DNA of 63,142 nucleotides, filler included, from Chiloscyllium plagiosum (GCF_004010195.1; 3 parts of one record of this genome joined end to end with filler, not necessarily neighbours in it); one strand, 5' to 3'. Shown: positions 49,166 through 62,392, counted from the whole stretch's first letter. Program-made: numbers and translations. Notes: generated by a model not told the origin, from the sequence alone.

Positions 49166-51542
49166 ACCTTCTCGTAATCAAATTACTGCAAGATAATTCT
49201 CTGAGCCAAATTAGAGACTTTGTTCACTTTTGGGTATGAACTGGATGATAAAGCTGCTCCTTAACAAGACGATAGGGTGAAAGAACTATGTCCTTGAGAA
49301 ATATTCTCATCAGAGATTTGATTCGATTTATCTTCCAAGACCGAGGCAGGTAGTGAACCTTGGCATCACACACACAGTTCAAGCAAAAACAAACAGAAGC
49401 CACTTCCAAGACCCATTGACAAGTTGAAGTTCACAAGGAAGACAAAGTGGAAACAATACACCACCACTTCAGAATCATTGCATAAGACCAGCAAAGAACA
49501 GTCACTGCATCTAATGGTTCAGCAAAAAAGGAACAAACAAGTCAGTGGATGGGGACTAACTCAATAATTCTCACTGTGAACAAATCAAAACAGCAGCTGT
49601 TCACATTGCACAGCTGTGTTTGCCTTCATGAAGTGATACCGCGTCATTTATTCAAGTTTTTCATATGGTTATAAATACTTTTTCTTTAGACCTTAGATTG
49701 GAGGAAAAAAGAAGATGGATTGTGATTCTGTTATTTGCAAAGGCATTACTTTTCCAAAGCATCAAAACATGCAGAGGTTCATTAATCTTTTTGCCGCTGT
49801 GCTCTGAGAGTCGAACATTATTATTTTACTGAGGAATTCATTTCTGATCATTTCCTGTAGAAGTCACACACTCTGATCGCTTTCAGTTGGATAAGGCCTC
49901 AGTTTTTGAAACCTGGTAAGAGGCTTCATAAGTCTACATCCAAGCAGCTAGACAGGTTGATGTACGAACTCACATGGATCAACAATGTCTTCAAGTGAAC
50001 GTCAAAACAAACTCATTTGACTGCTTGCAGATTATGAACAACATGCATCTTTGAATATTTGATCTTCCAATCCAGCAACATTAGCCCACATATAACTTGG
50101 AAGGCCAGTATATAGATCAAGGAATGGATTACCCAGAGAAGTTTTGAAATTTTCATCTCTTCCCCAGCATAGTTAGTTAATTGGACATTGCTGAGAACAA
50201 CGAATAGGCAATGAATAATTTATTGGACATACGTTAATCACAAAATATGTAACATCTCCAGCCGTATTACATTGATTGAAATTTCTTTCAGCTTCATTTT
50301 TGTATTGGTGCAGTTCCACTTTGCTGCATGATGGTTCAAATATCATTCCTATTTACTTTTCACTATATAAGCTTAAAGAGTTACAATGCTAGTGAAACAA
50401 CTGTCAGGGGAAACTTACTTTGTTCCCATAAAGAGAGAAGCATTGTGCATCATTGTTACAATACTAAAATTATAGACATATTATCACAAAAACATACACG
50501 ATGCTGGAGGAGCCAAAGTGGCACTTATTATTGCAGCTAGCCTTATATCTCAAATTCCACCAGCTGCCAGGGAGGCATTTACTTTCAGAGAAAGAGACTG
50601 GTCCTCTGCATTACTAGCCCAGTGACATTAGCACAATGTCACTGTCACCCCCTTGCAGGGTAGAGAAAGAAATTAGCTGAAGAATGAGGGAAAAATTAAT
50701 AACTGCAGCACACAGAGTGATTTGTCATTCACCAGCAAATCCTTAGCCCATTGATAATTCACTGGTGAACAAGAGAATAACATTTAATCAATAGATGTGA
50801 CTGTTTTGTTTGTTATCATCAACTGGAAAGACAAAGAATTGATCTTAGCTGAAGTTCTCAGCGGCAAAATACTGTGATATAATAACTGCCTTTAGTGCAA
50901 ATTGAAAGTAACACATTTAGGGCTGGGGTTTCCCTATAACATTGGGTATTCCCCCACAACATTTAACCCCTGAGGATGCTCCCTCCCTTACAAACCTAAG
51001 CCTCTCCAACAGCACTTCCTTGCTGCCTTGTCCTGCACACTGCCAACCACCCATACCCCATCCTTCACTTTCCCTCACTGTTTTGAGACCACCACAATTG
51101 CTTAATCTCAGACTCCCAGGACTTAGATCTGGGGACTGCTTGCAGTCCCAATCCTGTCCACTACATCTTCTGGTGCTGTGGAGGCTGGCGAGTTCTCAAT
51201 CAGATTGGCAGCAGCCTGAGATAGGATTCAAGAGGAATGAATTGTAATTAATTCTCCATGAAGCATCAAGTGGCAATCTGTCTTCTGCCAACTCTTCAAA
51301 TGGCAGGAAGGAAAAGCTCACCATGTCAAATATCTTGGCTGTTGTCTCTTTGTTCAGCAACACGCAAATGCTACCAAGTAACCATTAAAATAATAATTAA
51401 GGTTTTGGTTTGGCTTACCTGACTGGCAAAAGTGAAGTGCAGAAAAAACAACACCAATCTGCAACAACCACACTACTTCCCCCACTATACATCAAGTGTA
51501 GCCTGTTCAGTGTCAGTGGGGCGTCATTGAGCATGCAAAACT

Positions 51543-51760
51543 GATGGATTGGGGAATTCATTGCCACGGAGTGCAGTGGAGGCCAGGACATTAAATGTCT
51601 TCAAGGCAGAGATTGATAAATTCTTGATCTCGCAAGGAATTAAAGGCTATAGGGAGAGTGTGCGTACGTGGTGTTGAAATGCCCATCAGCCATGATTAAA
51701 TGGCGGAGTGGTCTTGATGGGCCGAATGGCCTTACTACCACTCCTATGTCTTACGGTATT
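51543..51760 (+). mobile_element. CR1 3' end
   Basis: ggaattcattgccacggagtgcagtggaggcc...gggccgaatggccttactaccactcctatgtctta. Confidence 0.85.
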
Positions 51761-53569
51761 ATAGATAATTGTACTTGTGCTATGGTTCTTCTGGCCTGTC
51801 AAGATAACATGGAATGAAGTGCATCCCTCACACTGGAAAAGAACTGAACAATGCATTCTCAAGAAGTAAAAGCAGTGTGATTTTATTGGACAATAGTGCT
51901 AGGCTCATACTGGTAAAGAGAGAAATGATGAAAATGTGTGTGTAGCCAAACAGGAGTCAGAAATTTCAACTCCTTAGTGGAATTTCCACATCACAGTTAT
52001 GCTTATCTCAAAAACCATTGTTAAAGAGAAAGTGTGCATACTCCAACGAGCAAACGTCATATACCTGTATTCCTTAGTCAGAGTGATAGGGCCTTTAAGC
52101 AGAAAAAAAGCATCTTTTTTTATGACCTGTTGCCTGAGCTACAAAGCAGCCCTGTTCTCCCAGCAGGATTATAGGGTCTCAGATATAAAACTCAATTGAT
52201 GGTGGTGAGTTATTAAGTAGACATGCAAAACTGTGTTTAACCACTTACATAATTAGCAACCGCACCTATCTGTTACATGCAGTGGAACTTCTGGAATGCA
52301 ATGTTTATGTAGGTGAGGCAGTGAAGGGCAGCAGCATGGCTGGCAATATTTTCTGAAGTAATGAAGGATTGGAGGGGCATTGTCTTCATATGTCCTGTCA
52401 TTCAGAGTTCAGTCAAACTGAACAGCTGGTGTTTTAATGCAGTCAACGGTCAGCAGATCGAAAAGGAATTGTGGACTTCAAGGGCTTCTGGGAATGTTCC
52501 AATCCTTCAGCAAATTCCGGCCTTCTTTTATTGTGTGGTTCCATGCCACAGTGTGACCAGTCAAGAAGAAGGCAACATCAAGGATTGTCTTCAAGTGGTC
52601 AAAGATTTGAGATGTAGCCAAAAGACAATTCTCCCTCCAATGTGACGTTTTCTAAAAGCTGAGCATCCACAAATGCAGTTAGTTTTAATACAAGATAAGA
52701 AAATATTTATCATTCAACGCAAGTGAATTTCAGATACAAAAAGTGATTTGTTTTGCAGAAATTTTATTGACTGTGCATATTTTAGAGATATAAATTAAAA
52801 TGTTTTTATGTAATGTTGGGGGGTCACTCCCCTTCTCGACTGTATGAATGAATGTCAGCTAAGATTTGAGTCTTATAGACAATTTCTTACACCGACAGGA
52901 GTGTTCCTCAGCCACGACGCTGCCTGTGTTAAACAACAACCCTATTTTCGTCTCTTATCTGTACCTGTCTGCTGTCACCCTGCCTCACTCTGTCATATTA
53001 TCATCCCACTTCTATCCTTCTGTCTTCTCTTTAAAACACCAGAGAAAGCTATTCGGCCCAATACAGTCAACAATTTCCCTCTGCTTATTTACAAAAGCCC
53101 TTGATTTCTTTGAACAGTTGGCCTCCTTGCACATTGTTAGTAAAATCCCATTAAATCTAGTATCTGTGCATCAGGCACAGTCATTGTTAATTTAGTTGCC
53201 CAATCCTTTTAAACTAAAGCTGTGATTTATGTTTCAAAAAAGCACGCTTGCATTTTTGAAGAAGTATCAACATATTGTACAAAATATCATTGCCTTTCAT
53301 TAATGATTCAAATGAATGAATATTTTATTGAAGCATCCAGTACTACATTTTGTAGGCCCTATATAACTCAGAGACTTTCTGGAATACATACATAATGTCA
53401 AAGGTTTCATTACAAAGTTGAGGAGTTTCATGTGTAGACTGGCCAAGCATTTGTAATACTTAAGCTGCTACTGAATCTTTAAACCAGCAGTCACTTTATG
53501 TGTTAGCTAGAGAGCATTGCGGACTTTATTTAAGGTTAAGATTTCTCACTAGCTTACAATTTACACTGA

Positions 53570-54200
53570 TAAATGACAGAGACATCATAACTTGATGATT
53601 CAAATAAACCATGTGAAATTGTCCACCTTGGTGGAAAGAATTGAAAAGCAGAATATATTTTAAAGGGTGAAAGACTCGTAAATTTTGATTTTCAAGATGA
53701 AGGTCCTTACACACTTAGAAAGCGAATGATTAGGTAAATCAAGCACTTCGCAGAAAGGCAAAACTAGAATTTGGAGGGTTTTTTAAGAATAAGGAAATCC
53801 ATTGTAATTGTATAATTTAGTGTTTTAGGGCTTTAACAACATCACACCTGGTGTACTGTGTACTATTTTTGAGTCATAACTCAGGGAGGAAATGTTTGCT
53901 TCAGAGGGATTGCAACTTAAGAGCCTCAATAAATTAATTCCTAGGATGACAGAGCTGTCCTAGGAGGTGAGATTGAGTAGAATGGGCCTATCGTCTCTAG
54001 AGTTCAGGAGAATGAGCAATACTCTTATTCAAACATATAAAATTCTTAAGGGATTTGGTAGAGTAGATTCTGAAGATTAGTTTCTTCTAGTAAGAGAGTT
54101 GAGAACTAGTGCTCAGAGTCTCAGGAAAAGGGGTGACTATTTAGGAATGAGACTAGGAAACATACTTTCACTTGCGTTGTCAGTCTTGGCAATGTTCTGG
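53570..54200 (+). mobile_element. Old CR1 3' region
   Basis: cacctggtgtactgtgtac and gagattgagtagaatgggcc motifs. Its tail is probably at ~54730-54795. Confidence 0.7.
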
Positions 54201-54296
54201 TTTGTTGGGCGATGAATATTTAACTGATGAGCAAAATCAAGACTCAAATCAATTACTTCAGAGCACCTTTAGAGAAATACAATTGCATGTAGCATA

Positions 54297-54463
54297 CAGA
54301 GGAACCGCAATTATTTGAAAGACATGGGTTATTCATTCGATTAATCGAATTCCGGATAATTGAACACCTGATAACAAATTTTAGCAAAGCATCAGACCCT
54401 TGAGATCTTGCCAGATAATCCGATACTCGGGTAATCGAATGCTGAATAATCAAGGTTTCTCTG
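54297..54463. mobile_element. Tigger-like MITE, 167 bp
   Basis: TA|CAGAGGAACCGCAATTATT...AATAATCAAGGTTTCTCTG TIRs. Internal GATAATCG-like subterminal repeats. Confidence 0.7.
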
Positions 54464-54613
54464 TTGGCCTGCTTGCCATAGTCATATGACCCCTGCTTCT
54501 GCTATACCTGTCTTTTATTTTTAGTTTTGGTAGCAGCCATTAAGAGTACATCACTTGAAGCAAAGAAAACCAAATGGATATTGAGATAGGGAGGTAAGTC
54601 AGTACAGGATTTC

Positions 54614-54722
54614 AGCTGAAAATGTGTTGCTGGAACAGCGCAGCAGGTCAGGCAGCATCCAGGGAACAGGAGAATCGACGTTTCGGGCATAAGCCCTTCT
54701 TCAGGAATGAGGAAAGTGCCTT
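54614..54722 (-). mobile_element. Penelope pLTR fragment (family A)
   Basis: Near-identical to 14014-14107 and 55875-55972. Confidence 0.88.
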
Positions 54723-55157
54723 GTCTTATCGAAAAGGAGAACAGGCTTAAAGCGGTCATATGGTCTACTTCTTTTCCTACTTCTTATGGCCTTATGAAGC
54801 TGATTGATACTACATAGTTGAGGGCCAACAACCTTACAGCACTTGTGTGAAGAGATGTGTAAAAATCTTTTGAACCACTTCCACCTTCAACACTCCTCAT
54901 CATTCAATTGCTAAACTTCTTTTCTTCTATGAAGTCCTGTAAATCCATCTCTACCTTCCAACCCATGATCTGTTAGTATATACTTTCACATCACCTCAAG
55001 GTTAGTTTTTGTCATACCTCTGACACAGAGACTGCCCTGGTCTTGGGAACCAATATGGCTGGTCATAGTGCATCATCCATCCACCAGCTCCAACCTCCAA
55101 AACCTCGCTCTGTACTTTATTAGTATCATCAGTGTTAAGGTTTCCTTCCAGTAGCCA

Positions 55158-55370
55158 TGATGTGGACGTGCCAGTGTTGGACTGGGGTGGGCAAAGTCGG
55201 AAGTCACGTGACACCAGGTTATAGGCTAACAGGTTTATTTGAAATCACAAGCTTTCAGAGTGCTGCTCCTTCATCAGGTGAAGTGATTAAGGGGCAATGC
55301 TCCGAAAGCTTGTGATTTCAAATAAACCTGTTGGCCTATAACCTGGTGTCACGTGACTTCTGACTTTGTC
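55158..55370. mobile_element. Penelope-like fold-back mini-element (family B variant)
   Basis: Inverted arms about ~55282. Degenerate TSD tccttccagtagcca (55143-55157) / tccttcaagcagtta (55369-55383). Confidence 0.82.
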
Positions 55371-55874
55371 CTTCAAGCAGTTAGACTACACACCTCAGAT
55401 GAAATCTAAGAGTTGGCCGTGTACTCCCATAGTTTCCAACTTGCTTCTTGAGTGCTGCATAAAACACAGGATTGACGTTTCTTGAAAATTTCCTCTGAGT
55501 CCTGAAAATATACTTTCACATTCTGCCTCAGAGCAGAATGCAGCCAGTTTTATGAAAATTATAAGACAATTCAAAAAATTACCTGAAGAACCACTGATGG
55601 CAGTAGAATTCTCTCACAAACCCATTAACATGCCCTCTCTTGTTGATAGAAAGCTTGATATTGCTCAAGAACGCAGAAGGGATAAATGCCTCAAGTAGAA
55701 TCCTATTCATCAGCCTCAGAAAGACGACTCCATGATGAATAATTGATTCTCAATATGATCTTCTGCCTTCCCCTCTCCCTGCCTGTTTGGTGTAGCTTTG
55801 AGAATTTAACATGAATATTATCTGTATCAGCTGCCTAACCATGAGCTGGTTAAGGCATTGTGGTACCCAAGATG

Positions 55875-56205
55875 GAAATGTGTTGCTGGAAAAGCGCAGC
55901 AGGTCAGGCAGCATCTAGGGAACAGGAGAATCGACGTTTCGGGCATTAGCCCTTCTTCAGGAATGAGGAAAGTTGGTCCAGCAGGCTAAGATAAAAGATA
56001 GGGAGGAGGGACTTGGGGGAGGGGCGTCGGAAATGTCATAGGTGGAAAGAGGACAAGGTGAGGGTGATAGGTCAGACTGGGGGGGGGGCGGAGAGGTCGG
56101 GAAGAGGATTGCAGGTTAGGAAGGCGGTGCTGAATTCGATGGATTATACTGAGACAAGGTGGGGGGAGGGGAAATGAGGAAACTGGTGAAATCCGAGTTC
56201 ATCCC
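55875..56205 (-). mobile_element. Penelope-like 3' fragment (family A)
   Basis: pLTR end followed by a purine-rich tract. Hammerhead core complement gacgtttcgggcattagcccttcttcag at 55933-55960. Confidence 0.88.
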
Positions 56206-56639
56206 TAGATCAGATTGGGAACCTGGTCAGCGCAGATGAGTTGGACCAAACAGTCTGTTTCTGTGCTGTATGACTGTAAGTCCCAGATGTCCTGGAGGCA
56301 GGCTGATTATAAAATAATTTCTAAATTTCCTTTGAATAAATTGTGTTTTGCATAATGTTGAGTAGTTTGACCAGTTGCATCACATCTGGAACATAACACT
56401 TCACATGTGCCTTTAACATAAAAAAAAGAGTTAGGATCTAGGCTATCTTATTAAAATACTTTGAGGAGGTCGGGTCTGGATGTTAATATCAGGGAACAGG
56501 GATTTGGCATCAAATAGCAGCAGGAAGTGCTAGAGAAACTCAGAAGGCTTCACAACTGAAGGAAGAGCTAGTCAAACTGGTACAGGAGGCATACTAATCA
56601 TGTACACTTCAAAATGAAAGAGCTGCATGTTCATTTCCA

Positions 56640-57068
56640 AATATTCAAGAGTTTGTTTTTCCTGTATAATGTAGGGTGACTAGGTTCAGATAGTATATAA
56701 AATGCTAAAGTGGATTGACAAGGTGGGTGTTGTCCACATGCTCCCCCTTGCAGAACAGTCTCGAATGAGGGGTCACAGATATAGAGTCAGAGGAGATAGG
56801 TTCAAAACTGAGATGGGGAGAAATCACTTCTCTCAGAGGGTTGTGAATTTGTGGAACCCACTGCCCCAGGGCGCCATGTAAGCAAAATTGATCAACAGTT
56901 TCAAGAAAGAAATATGTTTCTGATGAAAAGTGGGATAAAGGGCGATGGGGAGCAGGCAGGAGACTGGAGTTGAGACCAGGATAAGATCAGCCATGATCAT
57001 GTTAAAATGGCAGAGTGGGCTGAAGGGTAAATTGTCTCATCCCCACTTCTAGTTCCTATAATCCTATA
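56640..57068 (+). mobile_element. CR1 3' end
   Basis: ttctctcagagggttgtgaatttgtggaac (FSQRVVNLWN) and terminal ctagttcctata. Confidence 0.85.
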
Positions 57069-57070
57069 CC

Positions 57071-57241
57071 TGTGTTATGGGGATTGTGATCTGAGGTATG
57101 TGGTACGGGGATTGTGATCTGAGTTATGTGATACGGGGATTGTGATCTGAGGTATGTGGAATGGGATTGTGATCTGAGTTATGTGGTACGGGGATTGTGA
57201 ACTGAGTTATGCGGTACGGGGATTGTGATCTGAGTTATGTG
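57071..57241 (+). repeat. 28-bp minisatellite (GGGGATTGTGATCTGAGTTATGTGGTAC)n, ~6 copies visible
   Basis: Tandem units with 0-3 differences, running into the gap. Confidence 0.95.
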
Positions 57242-57341
57242 NNNNNNNNNNNNNNNNNNNNNNNNNNNNNNNNNNNNNNNNNNNNTTAATTAATTAANNN
57301 NNNNNNNNNNNNNNNNNNNNNNNNNNNNNNNNNNNNNNNNN
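57242..57341. other. Scaffolding gap: 44 N + TTAATTAATTAA + 44 N
   Basis: Same 100-bp linker as 25167-25266. Confidence 0.95.
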
Positions 57342-57445
57342 GAATGTGCAAACTCCGCACAGACAGTCGCTGGACAGTAAAATCGAACCTGGGTTCCTGG
57401 TGCTGTGAGGCAACAATGGTAACCACTGAATCACCGTGCTGCCCC
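57342..57445 (-). mobile_element. HE1 V-SINE 5' part
   Basis: gaatgtgcaaactccgcacagacagtc...taaccactgaatcaccgtgctgcccc. Confidence 0.88.
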
Positions 57446-57934
57446 TTGTCTGGCTGCTGTTCAACTGAAAAATAAATTTATTTCTTAAGTTCAAGTATAA
57501 ACTGATTAACAAAGCTGAAAATGTAATGTTTTGGAGAGCAATTATTGCAGCGTTTCTCGAGTTGGAGAAACAAGTAGATAAAATTGGACATTTGACTATT
57601 TCTATTTGTGTCAGGTCCTCCTGATGTATTTTTATTGAATATGTGTACTTTGCTTCTTCCTACTTTTGGGCAAGTTTTTTATATGGCCATCTCTCTGAAG
57701 TCAAGCTTACATAAGGATCCATAATTGCATAACAGGTGTTTTTCTATATGTTAACATTAGTTATAAGGGATGTTGTGGGCAGTTATTGGATAATTACTTG
57801 TGCACATTAAATCATCAGGCCCAGCAACAACATTTTAGTTTAAGTTTTCTTTGACATTGTCAGTTTTGTTTTAGTTGCAATAAAATGAAAGTGCCTCTTT
57901 AATGGTTTGTTTGTTTCCTTGCAAGTCAAGTCTT

Positions 57935-58310
57935 CAAAAGGTATAAACTGGCAAGGCCACATTTGAAGTACTGCGAGCAGTTTTGGTCGCCTTATCCAAG
58001 GAAGGATGTTATTTCCTTGGAGGCAGTTCAGAGGAGGTTCAGAAGGATGATCCCTTGAATGGAGGGATTGTCTTATGAAAAAAAATTAAACAGGTTAGAG
58101 CTGTACTCACTGGAGATTAGAAGAATGAGAGGTGATCTCATTGAAGCATATAGTTTCCTTAAGGGGCTTGACAGAATAAATGCTGAGAGGATGTTTCCCT
58201 CAAAAAGAGTCCAGGACAACAGGGCATTATCTTAGCATAAAGGGATACTAATTTAAAACTGAGATGAGGAAGACTGCCTTCATTCAGACGATTGTGGGTC
58301 CTTAGAACTC
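57935..58310 (+). mobile_element. CR1 3' region fragment
   Basis: LEAVQRRFRRMIP and RMRGDLIEAY motifs. Confidence 0.85.
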
Positions 58311-58312
58311 CG

Positions 58313-58453
58313 GTCTGCTTTTATTCCTGATGAAGGGCTTTTGCCCGAAACGTTGATTTTACTGCTCCTCGGATGCTGCCTGAACTGCTGTGCTCTTCCA
58401 GCACCACTAATCCAAAATCTGGTTTCCAGCATCTGCAGTCATTGTTTTTACCT
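58313..58453 (+). mobile_element. Penelope 3' pLTR with hammerhead-like core
   Basis: Matches 12513-12654. CTGATGA-A-GGGC(tttt)GCCC-GAAA at 58327-58350. Confidence 0.9.
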
Positions 58454-58584
58454 AATACCTTTCACAACCTTTTTGAACTCAGATAAAATGTAAGTGAGGG
58501 AGGGGTTACAGAAAGTAGTCACATTACTCCATTTACAATATTTTGTGTGAATGCTATACAATATTGACTGACTAGCTTCTATAG

Positions 58585-58835
58585 TCAGCACTGCTCAATG
58601 GTAGCAATTTTGTCAATGCGGCCATGGGTTCAACTTCCAATCCAGAGCTTTGAGCACATGAATCCTAGCTGACATTACTGTATTGTAGTAATGGAGCACT
58701 GCAATCTTGGAAGTGCAACTTTTCATATAAATTGTTAAACCATATCAGTCAGATAGTTGAAAAAAAATCCCACATCTGTATCTGGATAAAAAGAAAAGGA
58801 AGGGGATGGCACACAGAAGTTATCCTTTAACCATA
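58585..58835 (+). mobile_element. Deu-domain SINE relic
   Basis: tRNA-like head (gctcaatggtagc...gggttcaacttcc), then ttgagcac...ctagctgaca...ggagcactgca. Confidence 0.55.
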
Positions 58836-59343
58836 GCAATTGAGAGGTTAGCCAGGCAAGAACCTCATTACTTTTGGCCATATCCCACAAAAACAAAGTA
58901 TTTGCTCCATTTCCCTACAGCGCTTCCAAAATATTCTCCAGTTTAAGGGGCGGGGGGGGGGGGGGGGGTTCCAATCATACTGCCACTTGGCAACATGATC
59001 CAAAGTTGTATTATTTATCACATCTACAGAGAGGATACCTTCAGCTTTACCTAACCACCAACTCTTACTATTTCACTGCTGATAAAAACTATTAGACTGC
59101 TTTACGAACATTCAGGACTGGATGAGAGGAAATTTCCTTCAACTATACACTTGGAAGACTGAAGCCATTGACTTGTGTAAGCACTCCAAACCCCACCCCT
59201 CTTAGAGACTAAGATTAAGCCAATCTGTTTGCAACTTTGATATCACATTTGATGAGTTTGACCTCATATTTCAAATATTGTATATCCTCATGCATGCAAG
59301 CGTTGCAAAGTTGTCAAAATTGTTGATGTTTGCAGCGATGGCC

Positions 59344-59533
59344 TTTTCAAATTAATGCATCTTATTTTTCTTTCTTGCAGTGCTTTAGTCGATAGGTGGT
59401 TGTTATGGGGGACTTTAACTTTCCTGATATTAATTGGGAAAGCTATAGCTCAAGTTCGTTAGATGGGTCAGTGTTTGTCCATTTTCAAATTAATGCATCT
59501 TATTTTTCTTTCTTGCAGTGCTTCAGTCGATAG
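59344..59533 (+). repeat. 52-bp direct duplication flanking an 86-bp CR1 endonuclease fragment
   Basis: 59344-59395 and 59482-59533 differ at one base. The insert 59396-59481 encodes VVVMGDFNFPDINWE. Confidence 0.92.
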
Positions 59534-59568
59534 CTGAATAATTCCTTGTATCATGCACATCTACTGCA

Positions 59569-59883
59569 TGATGGCTCAGTAGTTAGCATTGCTGCCTCAA
59601 GCACCAGGGACCCGGGTTCCATTCCAGCCTCGTGCGACTGTCTGTGTGGAGTGTGCATGTTCTTGCCATGTCTGCTTGGGTTTCCTGCAGGTGTTCCGAT
59701 TTCGCCATCATCCACAGATGTGCAGGTTAGGCGAATTGCCCATAGCGTTCAGTGATATGTAGGTTAGTCATTGGAAATGTAGAGTAATAGGGTGGGGAAT
59801 AGGTCTGGGTGGGACCTTTGGAGGGTCAGTGTGGACTTGTCAGGCCAAATGGCCTGTTTCCACACTGTAAGGATTCTATGATA
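59569..59883 (+). mobile_element. HE1 V-SINE
   Basis: tRNA head, V-domain, gattctatga tail. Confidence 0.9.
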
Positions 59884-62392
59884 ATCAATAAATTACTGGT
59901 GAAATCATATTTATTCAAGACTATTTCAAACATAAAAGGGCATTGGAATTGTACAAATTAGTTAGAGCAGTTTGCAGGGCTAATTTATTTTTGCATTATG
60001 AGATGGGTGTTGCTGGCACAATACCAGTATTTGTCATCCATCCTCAGATCCTCTTAGGAGGCATTCAAATCATTGTGGAAGTTCAAAGAGCTTTCAAACA
60101 TCTTGAAAACACTAACTATTATATGTAGCAGTCTGTAAGTGATTTATGCTCTTCCATAAATGTCAAATTGGTTTAATTTTGTACATAAGTGTGTTTTGGT
60201 GAAACAGATTTTCCCATTTATCACTATTCTTTCAAGCATAAACCTTTAAAACCTCAGTACAATAGTTGAAACGATCATAAGTTGTTTAGAGCTTGGAAAG
60301 ACTGATAACATGTTCAAATCACCTCAATGACTTTCTGATCCTTACTGTCCTTCAACAGTTTAGGAAAATAGGGATAGGCCATTTGCCCCCTTGAGTCTTT
60401 TCCACGATTTTCAATCCTCAAAACCACATTCCTTTGATATCTTCATATCACTTGATGGCATTAATAATTAGAAATTTATCAGTCTCTGTCTTGAACTTAC
60501 TGAATGATTGAGCTTCCACAGTTCCCTGAAACTGAGATTTTCAAAGATTTTCCATCCTAAGATAACAAGTCCCGTCTTATCTTGGTCTTAAATGGTTTAT
60601 CTTTTGCTCCAACATGGATTCCCCCCCTAAAAGTTTTAGACATCACAGCCATTGTGATCTACATTATATCCCTGAGAGAATTGTCTATGTTTAAGATTTC
60701 TTCATTCTACACTACAAAAAAAAAGAAATCTCCTCAATCTTTCAAAAAACCAAAAGAACTGTGGATGCTGAAAACATGAAATGAAACATAAATTGCTGGA
60801 AAATCTCAGCAGATCTGGCAGCATCTGTGGAGACAAATTAGAGTTAATGTTTCAGGTTCAGTGACTCTTGTTCAGAGCTGTTGCTGCTCATCAATGTATT
60901 ATTTGCATAACACTTAAACGGAGGCACAATGCTTTTTCCCTGGGAAAGATAAGGAAATCATTTAGGCAGGATGATTAAACACAAGGCCCAAGACATTCCT
61001 TTTTAAGGCTGTTTTGAAAAGTGGGAAGTGATATAGCAAAGCAGAGAGATTCAATAAACTAATTCCACAGGCACAAAAGCCTCAACATGAACATTCCGAA
61101 TAAAAATTAAGGTTGAAAGGAGGAGACGGCATATAGACCCAAGTCAGAGTAACAAGTTAAAAACAGTGATTTTGAGCTGCAAGAGGTTGCAGTGCAATCA
61201 TGGATAGATTTGCAAACAACAATTCTTAAAGCAATGCACAAAGGTGCAAAAAGCTAGTGGAAATTGAGTGATGAAAAGGAAGCCAAGTGAACAGATAGAT
61301 AATGTAAATACAAGGTAATTTGGGAGTTGGAGAACATGTGAAACTGGAAATATGTCAGAGGGGTTTTGGATAGTGGAGTGACTGATTGTATTAAAGATTG
61401 CAGAAAGATAAATTGTCACCTGGTCTGAAATAGGCGGAATATCACTGATTTTAACCCCAGCATTCTTTGGTACATAAATTATGATGGAAGAATAAGGCAA
61501 CAAAGTTAATAGTAATTACATGTTTAAGAGCCTTCGAAAGGTAAGTAGAGATTTGTGATAGGTGAAGGAATGTGGTATGAAAATTTTAAGCATGTAGTTA
61601 GGAATAGCATTTTGCAGGTTTGTTAAAGAATATCCATAATGAAAAATGTTGAAAGGTGGGCAAAGTAACAATGACAAAAAAAATGACAAATTATATCACC
61701 CAGCATCATTTTGAGTGGCAGATCAGGCTCAATGTGCTTAATGGCCTATTTCTGCTGAAGCTATGAATATGGAACCTGTACCAACAAGGTACTATTGTTA
61801 GTAATTCAGGAATTACATATACAAATAGATCTTAAATGGCTAAGTATACAATTGAGCCGGAAATATTTAAAACTTTGCAATGATATGAGACAAGATAAAA
61901 CACTCTTTGGACCTTTGAACAAGCTACAATCCCTTATCAAAGCCAATAATTCTGTCATAAACCCGGAAATCAAAACAATTAACAGTTTGATTGAAAAAGA
62001 TCAAATCTGCCAATGAAGGTACTGTGATGAATTATGAGTGGTCACCAATAAGTTTTTATTGCAATCACACAGCATTCTGACATGGACCTGTATCATTGTT
62101 TGAGCAATATACTGGGGTCAATATCCTGGAATTCTCCATTAACAGAGCACCTTCAGTACATGATTTCATTGTTTCAATGAGAAGTTCCACAACAACGTCT
62201 GAGGATAACAATTCATGAATCTGTACCATTCTTATCGCAGGTATTAAAACCAAATCTATTGATTGAAATGTTAAGTGGCATGATGTCCTTATTCTAGCAC
62301 ACTGCCAATCAGTACATTCAATACATGTTGCTAAAACAGTGATTTATGTATTTAATAAAATATTTGTGGCAAATATCATTTGGAGAAAATAT

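Noticed and set aside
49590..49680. Two CAGCTG E-boxes plus TATAAATA as a promoter
   Set aside because: Short motifs expected by chance in 63 kb, with no supporting transcript evidence.
52361..53195. ORFs of 94, 86 and 109 aa in unique sequence
   Set aside because: No homology recognised and no convincing splice architecture. Lengths are compatible with chance.
57071..57241. CRISPR-like array
   Set aside because: Contiguous tandem units without spacers, in eukaryotic context, with no cas genes.
58947..58968. Poly-G run
   Set aside because: A simple homopolymer whose length is unreliable; no function can be supported.
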